Shown one piece after another: positions 63,970 to 64,000 of a stretch of DNA of 64,000 bases; the first letter of the stretch is position 1, and every line of letters begins with the position of its first letter. The position numbers and the translations under genes are program-made. The DNA comes from a virus. The notes beneath the pieces are model-generated. The model did no database searches, was not told where the DNA came from, and saw only the letters and a program-made list of their open reading frames with translations. Location: positions 12,131 to 76,130 of IMG/VR virus record IMGVR_UViG_3300023179_008905; one strand, 5' to 3'.

Positions 63970-64000
63970 ATGGCCGATGTAACAATATCTAATCTGGTTA
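63970..64000 (+). CDS. MADVTIS-family fibre protein (5' partial)
   Basis: TAAATA-N6-ATG then MADVTISNLV, runs off the window edge. Confidence 0.7.
   Translation, partial: MADVTISNLV

Noticed and set aside
59897-64000. Diversity-generating retroelement or invertible shufflon behind the fibre paralogs
   Set aside because: No reverse transcriptase or recombinase in the window, no near-identical TR/VR pair, all copies on one strand, and the shared 5' ends differ at synonymous positions
1-64000. Stop-codon reassignment (TAG or TGA read as sense)
   Set aside because: Conserved genes are full length in the standard code, and TAG/TGA end proteins at natural termini (e.g. C1q head ending FVGYLIG-TAG, nrdB ending TGA)
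1-64000. CRISPR array, tRNA or rRNA genes
   Set aside because: No regularly spaced repeats or cloverleafs seen; the larger apparent gaps are filled by small ORFs. A tRNAscan/Infernal run would be needed to exclude them fully

Overview
This is a 64-kb segment of a large, AT-rich, T4-like (myovirus-type) phage genome, densely coding on both strands. It contains a rearranged head/neck module (gp15, gp20 portal, gp13, gp4, gp21 protease, gp22 scaffold, gp23 major capsid), a gp5-like baseplate spike, an S74-chaperoned tail fibre, nrdAB, phoH, a gp62 clamp-loader subunit, GroES, a DinG-like helicase, a lysozyme and a 3D-domain protein. Accessory content: (1) a split 7-deazaguanine DNA-modification pathway (folE, queD, queE, queF, TGT-fold DpdA-like, PurN-like formyltransferase) with guaC, a DUF1599 protein and two P-loop kinases; (2) a ~14-kb, 16-gene nucleotide-sugar/glycosyltransferase island; (3) eight paralogous 'MADVTIS' fibre genes with a shared N-terminal anchor and swapped C-terminal heads; (4) many late genes with N-terminal L/I-x-E propeptide-like leaders, including a nuclease / ligase-like / nucleotidyltransferase operon. 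Both promoter classes (TAAATA late boxes and TTGAxx-N16-TATAAT) usually sit 5-7 nt before start codons, implying largely leaderless mRNAs. One intergenic element (50146-50209) is a nested stem enclosing a G-quadruplex-like tract. I saw no tRNA, rRNA, CRISPR array, integrase or reverse transcriptase. All calls come from motif recognition by eye; no searches were run.
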